From an uncultured Candidatus Pelagibacter sp. (GTDB lineage Bacteria; Pseudomonadota; Alphaproteobacteria; Pelagibacterales; Pelagibacteraceae): 64,000 nucleotides of DNA. Below are positions 28,685 through 38,576 of the stretch, piece after piece. The stretch is taken from assembly GCA_905616465.1 (NCBI GenBank), contig CAJQSX010000005.1:14994-78993 (forward strand). Reading direction: 5' to 3'. The notes under the pieces were generated by a model that was given only the letters and a program-made list of their open reading frames with translations, did not search any database and was not told the origin of the DNA. Made by a program: the position numbers and the translations under genes. Positions within the stretch are counted from its first letter, which is position 1; each line of letters opens with the position of its first letter.

Positions 28685-31354
28685 ATGAAACCAGGAAATA
28701 AAGATTCTTATAATTCTTTAAAATCTATTAATATTAATAATAGAGATTACAAATATTACTCTCTATCTGAAGCTGAAAAAAATGGTTTAGATGGAATTTC
28801 AAAACTTCCTAAATCACTCAAAGTTTTATTAGAAAATTTATTAAGATACGAAGATGATTTGTCTGTTACTAAAAGTCAAATAGAAGCTATTAAAGAATGG
28901 TTAAAGACAAAAAAATCTACGACTGAAATAGCTTATAGACCAGCAAGAGTTTTATTGCAGGATTACACTGGAATTCCAGCGGTTGCTGACCTTGCGGCTA
29001 TGAGGGAGGCTGTTAAAGAAAAAAATAAAGACCCAAATACTATTAATCCATTATCGGCAGTCGATCTTGTCATCGATCATTCAGTACAAGTTGATATGTC
29101 AGCAAGTAAAAATTCATTTGAAAAAAATGTAGACATTGAATTTAAAAGAAATGGTGAAAGGTACTCATTTTTAAAATGGGGCCAACAAGCATTTAATAAC
29201 TTTAGAATAGTTCCTCCAGGAACGGGAATTTGTCATCAAGTTAATTTAGAATATTTATCAAAAGTAGTTTGGTCAGAAAAATTTAAGAATGAAGATTATT
29301 TATTTCCAGATACATTGGTTGGTACTGACAGTCATACCACTATGGTTAATGGATTATCTGTTCTTGGTTGGGGTGTAGGTGGAATTGAGGCGGAAGCTGG
29401 AATGTTAGGTCAACCAATTTCAATGTTAATTCCTGAAGTAATTGGATTTCAAGTAACAAGTAAAATGCCAGAAGGTACAACGGCAACTGATTTAGTTTTA
29501 ACTGTAGTAAAAATGTTAAGAGACCATGGTGTCGTTGGAAAATTTGTTGAATTTTATGGTGATGGTTTAAAAAATTTAACTCTGGCTGATAGAGCAACTA
29601 TTGCAAATATGGCTCCAGAATATGGAGCTACATGTGGTTTCTTTCCAATTGATGATGAGACTTTAAAGTATTTAAGATTTTCTGGAAGAGATGAAAATAC
29701 AGTTAACATAGTAGAAAAATACGCTAAAGAACAAGGATTATGGGCCAGTGATGGAATTGAATTCACCGATACGTTATCACTAGATATGTCAACAATCGTA
29801 CCAACAATTTCAGGACCTAAAAGACCTCAAGACAAAGTTTTATTAACAGATGCTTCAAAAGGTTTTAAAAAAGTTTTTGAAAATGCAACTGAAAGAAAAG
29901 AAAAAAAAATTTCAAAAGTTTCTGGAACAGATTATGAAATTAAAGATGGATCAATATTAATTGCTGCAATTACTTCATGTACAAATACTTCTAATCCAAA
30001 TGTTTTAATTGGTGCGGGCTTATTAGCTAAAAAAGCCGTAGAGCTTGGGTTGGAAACCAAACCATGGGTAAAAACATCCTTAGCACCAGGGTCACAAGTG
30101 GTAACTGATTATTTGGCAAAAGCTGGATTAAATGTATTCTTAGATAAACTAGGTTTTAACTTAGTAGGATATGGCTGCACAACTTGTATAGGAAATTCAG
30201 GACCATTACCAAAGGAAATCGTTAATGCTATTGAAAAAGAGAATATATACACTGTATCAGTATTGTCTGGTAATCGAAATTTCGAAGGAAGAATATCCCC
30301 TCATATTAAAGCAAACTACTTAGCATCACCTCCACTTGTTGTTGCTTACGCCCTTGCGGGACACATGGAATTTGATTTATATAAAGAGCCATTAGGAAAA
30401 AGCAAAGAAGGTAAAGATATTTTCTTAAAGGATATTTGGCCAACGAATAAAGAGATAGAAGATACACTAAGAGACGCTCTAAATGCAGAAATGTTTATTA
30501 AGAGATATTCAAATGTTTCAGAAGGACCTAAGCAATGGCAAGAAATTAAAACTGAAAACACAAGTATTTATAACTGGGAACCGGAATCAACTTATGTAAA
30601 AAAACCACCTTTCTTTGAAAATTTACCAGAAAAACCTGAAGGCTTTAAGCCAATTAAAGATGCTAGACCTCTTTTAATTTTAGGAGACATGGTGACAACA
30701 GATCACATTTCACCAGCCGGTAATATCCAAAAAGAAAGTCCTACTGGGGAATATTTTATGGAACATCAAATACAGCCAAAAGACTATAATTCTTATGGCT
30801 CTAGAAGAGGAAACCATGAAGTTATGATGAGAGGAACGTTTGCAAACATTAGAATAAAAAATGAAATGGCACCTGGCACGGAAGGTGGTTTTACAAAATT
30901 ATACCCAGAAGAAAAAGTGATGCCAGTTTATAATGCTGTAGAGGAATATAAAAAAAGGGGAACTGATTTAGTGGTAATTGGTGGAAAAGAATATGGCACC
31001 GGTTCATCTAGAGATTGGGCTGCGAAAGGTACAAAGTTATTGGGTGTAAAAGTTGTTATAGCCGAAAGCTTCGAAAGAATTCATAGATCTAATTTGATTG
31101 GTATGGGTATTTTACCACTTCAATTTACTGAAGGAAATAATAGAACAAACTTAAATTTAATTGGGTCAGAATTGATCACGGTACTTGAAATTCAAGAGGG
31201 TGTTAGGCCCTCAGACAATCTCCAAGTTGAGATTAAATATGCGTCTGGAGATATTAGAAAGATTAAAACTCTTTGCAGAATAGATACAAAGAATGAATTA
31301 GAATATTATAAAAATGGTGGTATTCTGCAGTATGTTTTAAGGAATATGATTTAA
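28685..31354 (+). CDS. acnA: Aconitate hydratase A
   Basis: QDYTG, DHSVQVD, GICHQVNLE, DSHTTM, AITSCTNTSNP, GCTTCIGNSG, TTDHISPAG, GSSRDWAAKG. Confidence 0.97.
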   Translation: MKPGNKDSYNSLKSININNRDYKYYSLSEAEKNGLDGISKLPKSLKVLLENLLRYEDDLSVTKSQIEAIKEWLKTKKSTTEIAYRPARVLLQDYTGIPAVADLAAMREAVKEKNKDPNTINPLSAVDLVIDHSVQVDMSASKNSFEKNVDIEFKRNGERYSFLKWGQQAFNNFRIVPPGTGICHQVNLEYLSKVVWSEKFKNEDYLFPDTLVGTDSHTTMVNGLSVLGWGVGGIEAEAGMLGQPISMLIPEVIGFQVTSKMPEGTTATDLVLTVVKMLRDHGVVGKFVEFYGDGLKNLTLADRATIANMAPEYGATCGFFPIDDETLKYLRFSGRDENTVNIVEKYAKEQGLWASDGIEFTDTLSLDMSTIVPTISGPKRPQDKVLLTDASKGFKKVFENATERKEKKISKVSGTDYEIKDGSILIAAITSCTNTSNPNVLIGAGLLAKKAVELGLETKPWVKTSLAPGSQVVTDYLAKAGLNVFLDKLGFNLVGYGCTTCIGNSGPLPKEIVNAIEKENIYTVSVLSGNRNFEGRISPHIKANYLASPPLVVAYALAGHMEFDLYKEPLGKSKEGKDIFLKDIWPTNKEIEDTLRDALNAEMFIKRYSNVSEGPKQWQEIKTENTSIYNWEPESTYVKKPPFFENLPEKPEGFKPIKDARPLLILGDMVTTDHISPAGNIQKESPTGEYFMEHQIQPKDYNSYGSRRGNHEVMMRGTFANIRIKNEMAPGTEGGFTKLYPEEKVMPVYNAVEEYKKRGTDLVVIGGKEYGTGSSRDWAAKGTKLLGVKVVIAESFERIHRSNLIGMGILPLQFTEGNNRTNLNLIGSELITVLEIQEGVRPSDNLQVEIKYASGDIRKIKTLCRIDTKNELEYYKNGGILQYVLRNMI

Positions 31355-31356
31355 TT

Positions 31357-32001
31357 ATGGATGAGGATACAGCTATTATAAATAGTAATGCACGAAATGA
31401 AAAAATAAAAAATTTTTTTGTAAATAATAAAAAAATATTAATATCAACTATATCAACTCTAATTTTTGTATTGATAGGATACTTTGTTTTTGCAGAATAT
31501 AAAGAAAGAAAAAAAATAAAAAATTCAGATCAGTATAACTCAATTATTCTTGAGTATTCAAAAAATAATAAAGAAATTACGAAAAAAGCTTTGATAGAAT
31601 TAGTTAATAAAAAAGACACAACATATTCACCTTTATCTTTATTTTTTATAATTGATAACGCATTGGTTTCCGACCGATTAAAAATTAATGAGCTATTTGA
31701 TATAATAATCAAAGATGTATCACTAGAAAAAGAAATCAAAAATTTGGTTATCTATAAAAAAGCCCTTTATAATGCAGATAATAGCGATGAAAATCAACTC
31801 CTGGAAATTTTAAGACCTATTATAAATTCAAAAAGTGTTTGGAAGGCACATGGACTATATTTAATGGCAGAATATTTTTATTCTAAAAATGAAAAGCAAA
31901 AAGCAAAGGAATTTTTTAACCAAATAATTTTATTAGAAAATGCCAATCAAGAATTAAAAATAGAGTCACGAAAAAGGTTAAATAGAGATTTAAGTGAGTA
32001 A
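31357..32001 (+). CDS. YfgM-like membrane-anchored TPR protein
   Basis: Single N-terminal TM helix then a helical domain; sits upstream of a bamB-like gene. Confidence 0.6.
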   Translation: MDEDTAIINSNARNEKIKNFFVNNKKILISTISTLIFVLIGYFVFAEYKERKKIKNSDQYNSIILEYSKNNKEITKKALIELVNKKDTTYSPLSLFFIIDNALVSDRLKINELFDIIIKDVSLEKEIKNLVIYKKALYNADNSDENQLLEILRPIINSKSVWKAHGLYLMAEYFYSKNEKQKAKEFFNQIILLENANQELKIESRKRLNRDLSE

Positions 32002-33298
32002 AATAGCATTATTTTTTTTATTTATTTTATTTTTAAATGGATGTTCATTTAACAAAAACTCTAAATTTTGGACAGCCACACAAAATATTTTGGAAGAAAA
32101 TAATCCAAATTATAAAGAAATTTTTGTTGAAGATGAAGCTTTAAGTAAAGAATTAAATCCCAATTTAAAAATAAAGTTAGATGGAAAAACTAATAATAGT
32201 TTAAAAACTAGAAATTATTTTAATAACGATGGTAAATTAAATTATGATGGCCTTTTAAAAAAATCATCACGATATAAATTTTCAAAAATTAAAAACTTTT
32301 ATCAATTTGAACCTACAATTTCTTTCAACAAAAAAAATATAATATTTTTTGATAACAAAGGATCAATTTTACAGTTCAATGATTTATCAAAATTGATTTG
32401 GAAAAAAAATTATTACTCTAAATCAGAAAAAAAACTTAAACCCATTTTACAGTTTGCAAATAATGAAAAATCTTTAATAGTTGCAGATAATATAACCAAA
32501 TATTATGCATTAGATTTAATTAGTGGAAATTTACTTTGGTCTAAGAATAACTTAGCACCGTTTAACTCACAAATTAAAATATATAAAAATAAATTTTTTA
32601 TAATCGATTTTTCAAATACCTTAAGATGTTTCTCAATAAGCAGTGGTGAAGAGTTATGGAATATAAAAACAGAAAAATCGTTAATAAAATCTCAAAAAAA
32701 ACTGTCCATGGTTATAGTTAATGGTTTATTATATTTTAATAATTCTATTGGTGATATAAGTGCTGTTGATATTAGTGAGGGTGAATTACTTTGGCAACTC
32801 CCAACCCAAAGTAGTTTGATTTATGAATCCGCTTTTTCTTTAGAAACTTCAGATATTATTGCAGACCGTAATACTTTATTCTTTTCAAATAATAAAAATC
32901 AAATTTTTTCTATAGATCTCGAAACAGGAAGTTTTAACTGGAAAAGTAAAGTTAATTCAAATCTAAGACCTAGTTTAGTTGGTAATTTCTTATTTACAGT
33001 TTCAATTGAAGGATATTTAATCATAGTAGAAAAAAAAAGTGGAAATATAATTAGAGTTACAGATGTTTTTACAAATTTTAAAAAAAAAAAGAGAGATAAG
33101 ATTAAACCAGTTGGATTTATTATTGGTTTAAACAAAATTTATTTATCCACAGATAATGGTAGACTGCTAGTTATAGATACCATGACAGGAAAAATAATTT
33201 CAACCCTAAAAATAGACAATGAAAAAATATCTAGACCCTTTGTTTTAGATGATAACTTATTTGTCATAAAGGATAATGCTATTATTAAATTAAACTAA
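31994..33298 (+). CDS. bamB: PQQ-like beta-propeller lipoprotein (BamB-like)
   Basis: Lipobox LNGC; repeated A.D..SG.LLW propeller motifs; GTG start. Confidence 0.65.
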   Translation: MSKIALFFLFILFLNGCSFNKNSKFWTATQNILEENNPNYKEIFVEDEALSKELNPNLKIKLDGKTNNSLKTRNYFNNDGKLNYDGLLKKSSRYKFSKIKNFYQFEPTISFNKKNIIFFDNKGSILQFNDLSKLIWKKNYYSKSEKKLKPILQFANNEKSLIVADNITKYYALDLISGNLLWSKNNLAPFNSQIKIYKNKFFIIDFSNTLRCFSISSGEELWNIKTEKSLIKSQKKLSMVIVNGLLYFNNSIGDISAVDISEGELLWQLPTQSSLIYESAFSLETSDIIADRNTLFFSNNKNQIFSIDLETGSFNWKSKVNSNLRPSLVGNFLFTVSIEGYLIIVEKKSGNIIRVTDVFTNFKKKKRDKIKPVGFIIGLNKIYLSTDNGRLLVIDTMTGKIISTLKIDNEKISRPFVLDDNLFVIKDNAIIKLN

Positions 33299-33723
33299 TG
33301 TTTCTCAAATTATTGGAAAAATTAGGTAGAAAAAAAGTTGTTTTGGACAGAGGCACCTCTCATCCAATGTTTAATGATGCAAAACCTTGGATGAATAGAT
33401 ATTATATTCTTTTTAGGCACCGACCCAAATGGTTCCCCTTTAATATCTTAATTCATGAAATGTTAGCAGATGATCATGGTGACGGTATTCATAACCACAC
33501 ATTCCCTTACATAACAATCATTTTAAGGGGTGGATATTGGGAAACTTTAATCACGGGTAAATATTGGAGACCAGCAGGATATATTGGTTTTAGATCAGCA
33601 AATAATTTACATAGAGTTGATCTTGAGCCAAACACAAAACCTTTAACATTATTTATATCTGGACCTTTTGGTTTAAGAAAAGGCCCCAGATCAGAATATG
33701 GTATAAATTTTAAAAAAAAATAA
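33298..33723 (+). CDS. Small cupin-like hypothetical protein
   Basis: IHEML.DD.GDGIHNHTFPYITIILRGGYWE...LHRV resembles a cupin motif pair; TAATG overlap at both ends. Confidence 0.6.
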   Translation: MFLKLLEKLGRKKVVLDRGTSHPMFNDAKPWMNRYYILFRHRPKWFPFNILIHEMLADDHGDGIHNHTFPYITIILRGGYWETLITGKYWRPAGYIGFRSANNLHRVDLEPNTKPLTLFISGPFGLRKGPRSEYGINFKKK

Positions 33724-34769
33724 TGAATTTAAAAAAATTGTTTTTAAAACTATGTAAAGAAAAAAATTTTGAAATTAATCAAAATCAATTATTTATAATT
33801 GATAGTCTTAAAAGTTATTATAAAGACAATTTTAAAAATTCTTATTTTGCTAAAATTTTTAAAAAAAAAGACATCAAAACAGGCTTCTATCTTGTTGGTG
33901 ATGTTGGGGTTGGCAAAACAATGATTTTGAATTTTTTTTTTAAGGAACTAAAAGAAAAAAAGGTAAGACTTCATTTTAATGAGTTCATGATAAAGTTTCA
34001 TGATTTTATTTTTAAGTGTAAAAATAAAGAAAATGGGATTGATTATTTTGTTAATGATTTAAATAATAAAGCTCAGATGATTTATTTTGATGAATTCCAA
34101 GTAACTAACATTGTTGATGCAATGATTCTTGGTAAGTTATTTAAAAGAATATTTGAAAAAAAAATTAAAGTTATTTTTTCTTCAAACACCAATATTGTAG
34201 ATCTTTATAAAGGTGGTTTACAAAGAGAGCAATTTGCTCCATTTATAAAAATTCTTGAAAATAACTGTTATCAAAAAGAATTATTAATTGATGAGGATTA
34301 TAGATTAAGTAAAAATATAAATTTAGATAGGTTTTTATCCCCAATCAACAAATCAACCAACTTTACATTTAACAAATTTTTTAGAAGAATTACTAAAAAT
34401 AAAAATAAAACATTAAAAATTTTAGAGATAAAAGGGCGCACGATAAAAATAGAAAATTTTTATGATAGAGTTGTCAAGTTTAGCTTCAATGAATTATGTG
34501 ACCAAAATTTAGGATCAGAAGATTATATAAGTATCGCCAATAACTGTGACTTTATTTTTATAGAAAATTTACCTGATTTTAATGAAAATAACTCAAATCA
34601 ACAACAAAGATTCATAACTTTAATTGATATTATTTATGAAAAAAAAATTCCATTAATGCTTACATCACAAGTGAATTTAGGTTTAATAAAATCTTCGAAA
34701 AATATGCTGCAACCTTTTAAGCGAACTATCAGTCGTTTATATGAACTAACTTCAATAATTTATAATTAA
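33723..34769 (+). CDS. zapE: Cell division ATPase ZapE (AFG1 family)
   Basis: GFYLVGDVGVGKT, RLHFNEFM, FDEFQVTNIVDAMIL, LYKGGLQRE.F, RFITLID, FKRTISRLYE. Confidence 0.9.
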   Translation: MNLKKLFLKLCKEKNFEINQNQLFIIDSLKSYYKDNFKNSYFAKIFKKKDIKTGFYLVGDVGVGKTMILNFFFKELKEKKVRLHFNEFMIKFHDFIFKCKNKENGIDYFVNDLNNKAQMIYFDEFQVTNIVDAMILGKLFKRIFEKKIKVIFSSNTNIVDLYKGGLQREQFAPFIKILENNCYQKELLIDEDYRLSKNINLDRFLSPINKSTNFTFNKFFRRITKNKNKTLKILEIKGRTIKIENFYDRVVKFSFNELCDQNLGSEDYISIANNCDFIFIENLPDFNENNSNQQQRFITLIDIIYEKKIPLMLTSQVNLGLIKSSKNMLQPFKRTISRLYELTSIIYN

Positions 34770-34772
34770 ATT

Positions 34773-35192
34773 ATGAAACAAGAATTTTTCAACCTACTTA
34801 TTAATACTAAAGGGCAAAAACTTTATGAGTTTACTGATAAAATAACAGATTGGATAAAAAAAAATAATTTGATGAATGGTATTTTAAATTTAAGTATTCT
34901 GCATACCAGCGCATCATTAATTGTTCAGGAAAATGCAGATCCTGATGTGCAAACTGATTTAATTAATTATTTTGATAAGTTGGCTCCTATGGATAGTTCT
35001 CTCTATATTCATACAGCGGAAGGTAAAGATGATATGCCTGCTCACATCAAGTCTTCTTTAACAAATAATCAAATATCACTTAGTGTTAAAGATGGAGTGC
35101 TCTTGCTTGGAGCTTGGCAAGGTTTATATCTTTTTGAGCATAGACTGAACCCTCAAAGTAGAAAAATAATATTTCACTTTTTAGGTACCTAA
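34773..35192 (+). CDS. yjbQ: YjbQ family protein (UPF0047)
   Basis: HTSASL..QENADPDV, EGKDDMPAHIKSSL, LGAWQGLYLFEHR. Confidence 0.92.
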   Translation: MKQEFFNLLINTKGQKLYEFTDKITDWIKKNNLMNGILNLSILHTSASLIVQENADPDVQTDLINYFDKLAPMDSSLYIHTAEGKDDMPAHIKSSLTNNQISLSVKDGVLLLGAWQGLYLFEHRLNPQSRKIIFHFLGT

Positions 35193-35195
35193 ATT

Positions 35196-35660
35196 TTATC
35201 TAATATAAGGATTGTAAGCCCATTGTAGTATTGCTTGCCTTTGTCTTTTTCTACAACCAAGGTCACCTTTTTCACAGTTTTTTTCTATAGCTGATACATG
35301 TCTTCTAAAATTCTTCCACCTCTTAATTTGAATTTCATCCATTTCAGGTGCTCTTCTTCCATTAGTAAATCTGCAATACCACTGAAACCAACCCAAAGGA
35401 TCTTCTTTAAAAATCCACCCTTTTTCAATCCAATGCTCTCTTGATAAACCTGAAACAACATTAAATCTATTTAAACTTACATCAAAAGTTTTACTAATTT
35501 TTGCATTTTTAAACCAAGATTTTGGATATTCTTTTATATCTAACCCAAAGTAAGATCCTCCAAAAACACCTAGTTCCATCATTCTTTTAGGTGCTAATTC
35601 AGGCTTAAACATTTTATAAAAATCTTGATTAGTAACCTTTTTTATCAAAATTTTTTTCAT
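35196..35660 (-). CDS. Conserved hypothetical protein (GWFQWYCRF family)
   Basis: GVFGGSYF, WI..EDPLGWFQWYCRF..GRR, QIKRW, RQAILQWAY; function unknown. Confidence 0.7.
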   Translation of the reverse strand: MKKILIKKVTNQDFYKMFKPELAPKRMMELGVFGGSYFGLDIKEYPKSWFKNAKISKTFDVSLNRFNVVSGLSREHWIEKGWIFKEDPLGWFQWYCRFTNGRRAPEMDEIQIKRWKNFRRHVSAIEKNCEKGDLGCRKRQRQAILQWAYNPYIR

Positions 35661-35673
35661 TTATGTATTTGTA

Positions 35674-36801
35674 TTATTGAATTATTAGTTTTTGATACAT
35701 TTCTTTGTCTGTATCACCTTCACATCCAATAACTAATACATTGGACCTTGAGTTTAACTTTAATCTTTCTTTAATTTTATCATCAACACAACTTGTTATT
35801 AAACTAATTACACCAGGTGCCGAGTTTTCTCCCGCTATAATTTTTTCTTCACTAAAACTAGAATTTCCAAGTAACTTCATAGTTCTTGCAATATCATCAT
35901 CAGGTAAACTTATACAAAACTTAACAGAATTTTTTAATATTTCCCACGGGACTAAAGATACCTCTCCACACGACATACCTCCCATTAAACTTTCTCTTTT
36001 TATATTAATTTTTTCAATTTTTCCTGTTTTGATACTTTCCATTACACATGCGGCACTATCAGGTTCGACAACTATAGTTTCAGGTATATTTCTTAAATAT
36101 CTTGCTATACCTGCAACCATAGCACCAGCCATACCACCGACCCCCGCCTGTAATATTATATGAGTGATTTGTTGATTATTTATTTGATCAGCTATTTCTT
36201 TCATCATAACGGTATAACCAGCCATTGTGTACTTTGGAACAGTCATATAATCTTTCCAAGCAACATCTTGAACAATTTGCCAATTATTTTCAGTAGATTG
36301 TTTAATACATTCAATTAAAGATTTTTCATAATTACCTTTAACTTTAATTACATCTGCACCAAGATCAGACATGGCTTGACCACGTGCTTTACTTACAAAC
36401 TCGCTAATAAAAATTTTACATTTTAAACCTAGTCGTTTTGCTCCCCAAGCAACAGATCTACCATGATTTCCTGCTGTTGCTGTTGCAACAGTAATGTTCT
36501 TATTCCCATTAGTTATTTTTTCTACAGCGTAAGCACCACCTAGAGCTTTAAAAGATTTAAGATCAAATCTTTTACTTTCATCTTTATAAAAAATTTTATT
36601 TAAATTTAATTCTTTTGAAAGTTTATTTAATTCAATAAGGGGTGTGGGCGTATAATTTTCCCAATTAGAAATACTTAAATATGCTTCATCAATATCCTTT
36701 TTGGATAATAAGTTTAAAATTTTATTTTGATTAAAAGAATAATTTTCATTTTCAATAAACTTTGAGTATTTCCATAAGTGTCCGTTAGATAAAATTGTCA
36801 T
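35674..36801 (-). CDS. Diaminopropionate ammonia-lyase family PLP enzyme
   Basis: YTPTPL, KDESKRFDLKSFKALGG (PLP Lys), ATAGNHGRSVAWGA, QAGVGG, MGGMSCGE. Confidence 0.85.
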   Translation of the reverse strand: MTILSNGHLWKYSKFIENENYSFNQNKILNLLSKKDIDEAYLSISNWENYTPTPLIELNKLSKELNLNKIFYKDESKRFDLKSFKALGGAYAVEKITNGNKNITVATATAGNHGRSVAWGAKRLGLKCKIFISEFVSKARGQAMSDLGADVIKVKGNYEKSLIECIKQSTENNWQIVQDVAWKDYMTVPKYTMAGYTVMMKEIADQINNQQITHIILQAGVGGMAGAMVAGIARYLRNIPETIVVEPDSAACVMESIKTGKIEKINIKRESLMGGMSCGEVSLVPWEILKNSVKFCISLPDDDIARTMKLLGNSSFSEEKIIAGENSAPGVISLITSCVDDKIKERLKLNSRSNVLVIGCEGDTDKEMYQKLIIQ

Positions 36802-36804
36802 AAT

Positions 36805-38130
36805 CTAACAGTCTAAAGTATTATCTTTTTCCCAATATGTTACTGAACCTTTTTTATCAAATCTCTCATTTTTATTAAAATCTCTAATTTCCATATTCTT
36901 TAACTTTATATAGCTTGTAATGACATCCTCTCCAAAAGCCTCTTTAAGTTCTTTACTACTTTTAAGAAAATCTAGTGCATCTTGTATTTCATTTGGTAAT
37001 TTTTTCAAGTGAGGGTAATTCTTGTAATCCGTATACATATTACATGACAAATGTTCACCAGGATGAACCTTGTTATTTAAACCGTGAAGGCCAGCTGCAA
37101 TAACACCTGCTTGCAGCAAATATGGGTTTGAAGAACCATCCATTAATCTTAACTCAAATCTCCCAGCATCTGGAACTCTAATCATGTGAGTTCTATTATT
37201 CCCGGTATAGGAAATGCTGCTTGGTGACCAAGAGGCACCAGATTTAGTTGGAGGTGCATTTATTCTTCTATAACTATTAACTGTAGGATTGAAAAATGCC
37301 GAAAGTGGCTGGGCTAAATGCATTACTCCTCCTAAGAAATTATAAGCAAGTTTACTTATTCCTAGTTTATCATTGCCATCTAAAAATTTATTTACCTTAT
37401 TACTCCATAGAGAAATATGAGCATGACAACCATTACCTGTTAAATTGCTAAAAGGTTTTGGCATAAATGTTGCTCTTAGCCCATGATTTTCTGCTAGAGA
37501 TTTTACCATATATTTAAAAAAGACATGTCTATCTGCTGTGATTAAACAGTTATCAAAATCCCAGTTCATCTCAAATTGTCCATTAGCATCTTCGTGATCA
37601 TTTTGGTACGGACGCCAACCCATTTTAATCATGCTGTCACAAATTTCTTTGATTAAATCATATCTACGCATCAATGACGATTGATCATAACAAGGTTTAG
37701 ATTGTGTATCTCTCGGATCAGCAATACTTGAGCCGTCTTGAGAAATTAAAAAATATTCACATTCTACGCCTGATTTCATTTCTAAATTTTTTTTATTGAG
37801 TTTATTTATTTGATCTTTTAGCATAACTCTTGGGGAGGCTTTTACAGGCTTACCACCCATCCATAGGTCAGATGCCAGCCAACCCACTTCTTTATTCCAT
37901 GGTAATTGAATTAAACTATCAGGGTCTGGTAAAGCAAACATATCAGTATCAGCCGGCGACATATCTAACCAAGTTGCAAACCCAGCAAATCCAGCTCCAT
38001 TTTTTTGCATTTCAGCAATTGCTTCTGCTGGAACCAGTTTTGATCTTAGGACACCAAATAAATCTACAAAGCTAATTAGAAAATATTTAATTTTTTTTGC
38101 TTTAGCAATTTTAGATAAATTTTTTACCAT
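36805..38130 (-). CDS. gmaS: Gamma-glutamylmethylamide synthetase (GlnT-type GS family)
   Basis: KYFLISFVDLFG..RSKLVP, GAGFAGFATWLD, GVECEYFL, KPCYDQ, YQNDHEDANGQFEMNW, GNNRTHMIR; methylamine gene context. Confidence 0.88.
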   Translation of the reverse strand: MVKNLSKIAKAKKIKYFLISFVDLFGVLRSKLVPAEAIAEMQKNGAGFAGFATWLDMSPADTDMFALPDPDSLIQLPWNKEVGWLASDLWMGGKPVKASPRVMLKDQINKLNKKNLEMKSGVECEYFLISQDGSSIADPRDTQSKPCYDQSSLMRRYDLIKEICDSMIKMGWRPYQNDHEDANGQFEMNWDFDNCLITADRHVFFKYMVKSLAENHGLRATFMPKPFSNLTGNGCHAHISLWSNKVNKFLDGNDKLGISKLAYNFLGGVMHLAQPLSAFFNPTVNSYRRINAPPTKSGASWSPSSISYTGNNRTHMIRVPDAGRFELRLMDGSSNPYLLQAGVIAAGLHGLNNKVHPGEHLSCNMYTDYKNYPHLKKLPNEIQDALDFLKSSKELKEAFGEDVITSYIKLKNMEIRDFNKNERFDKKGSVTYWEKDNTLDC

Positions 38131-38282
38131 TATTTAAAAAATGAAAAAACTGTTTCTTTATAATAAATTAAATTTACACCAATAATTATTATTATAGCTG
38201 CAATAACTCCATATTTAGCTTTTGGGAATAATACCCCAATCATTTTACTTGGTCTTTGATTTTCGTTTTTATTTTCAGTCAT
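38130..38282 (-). CDS. Small 50-aa membrane protein, absent from the supplied ORF track
   Basis: Manual translation MTENKNENQRPSKMIGVLFPKAKYGVIAAIIIIIGVNLIYYKETVFSFFK*; one hydrophobic helix; its TAA overlaps the gmaS ATG (TAATG). Confidence 0.7.
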   Translation of the reverse strand: MTENKNENQRPSKMIGVLFPKAKYGVIAAIIIIIGVNLIYYKETVFSFFK

Positions 38283-38295
38283 ATAAAAGTTTCAT

Positions 38296-38325
38296 AAAAA
38301 AGGGCGCCACAATTAGGTAGCGCCC
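38296..38325 (-). terminator. Intrinsic terminator after amt and the 74-aa gene
   Basis: Minus strand GGGCGCTAC-ctaatt-GTGGCGCCC followed by TTTTTT. Confidence 0.85.
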
Positions 38326-38340
38326 AAATTTTAATTGATA

Positions 38341-38565
38341 TTACCAGTCGGTAATATTGTTTTTGTGATCATTAGCACTATGTCTTTTCCTAGCTAATCG
38401 TGAGAGTTTTTCACTCTCAGATTTGTTAGTAAGGACGTGCCAGCCAATCCAGAAAACCACACCTAGAATAACCAGTAAAGTTTCACTAGATCCAGCTCCC
38501 GGATAAACTGCTCCGACAACTTCTTTAGCACTTAAATGATCTATCCAGTTTGTTACTGTAGTCAT
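38341..38565 (-). CDS. Small single-TM protein downstream of amt
   Basis: SD AAGGAG; hydrophobic LLVILGVVFWIGWHV; 11 bp after the amt stop. Confidence 0.75.
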   Translation of the reverse strand: MTTVTNWIDHLSAKEVVGAVYPGAGSSETLLVILGVVFWIGWHVLTNKSESEKLSRLARKRHSANDHKNNITDW

Positions 38566-38576
38566 ATTTTTCTCCT

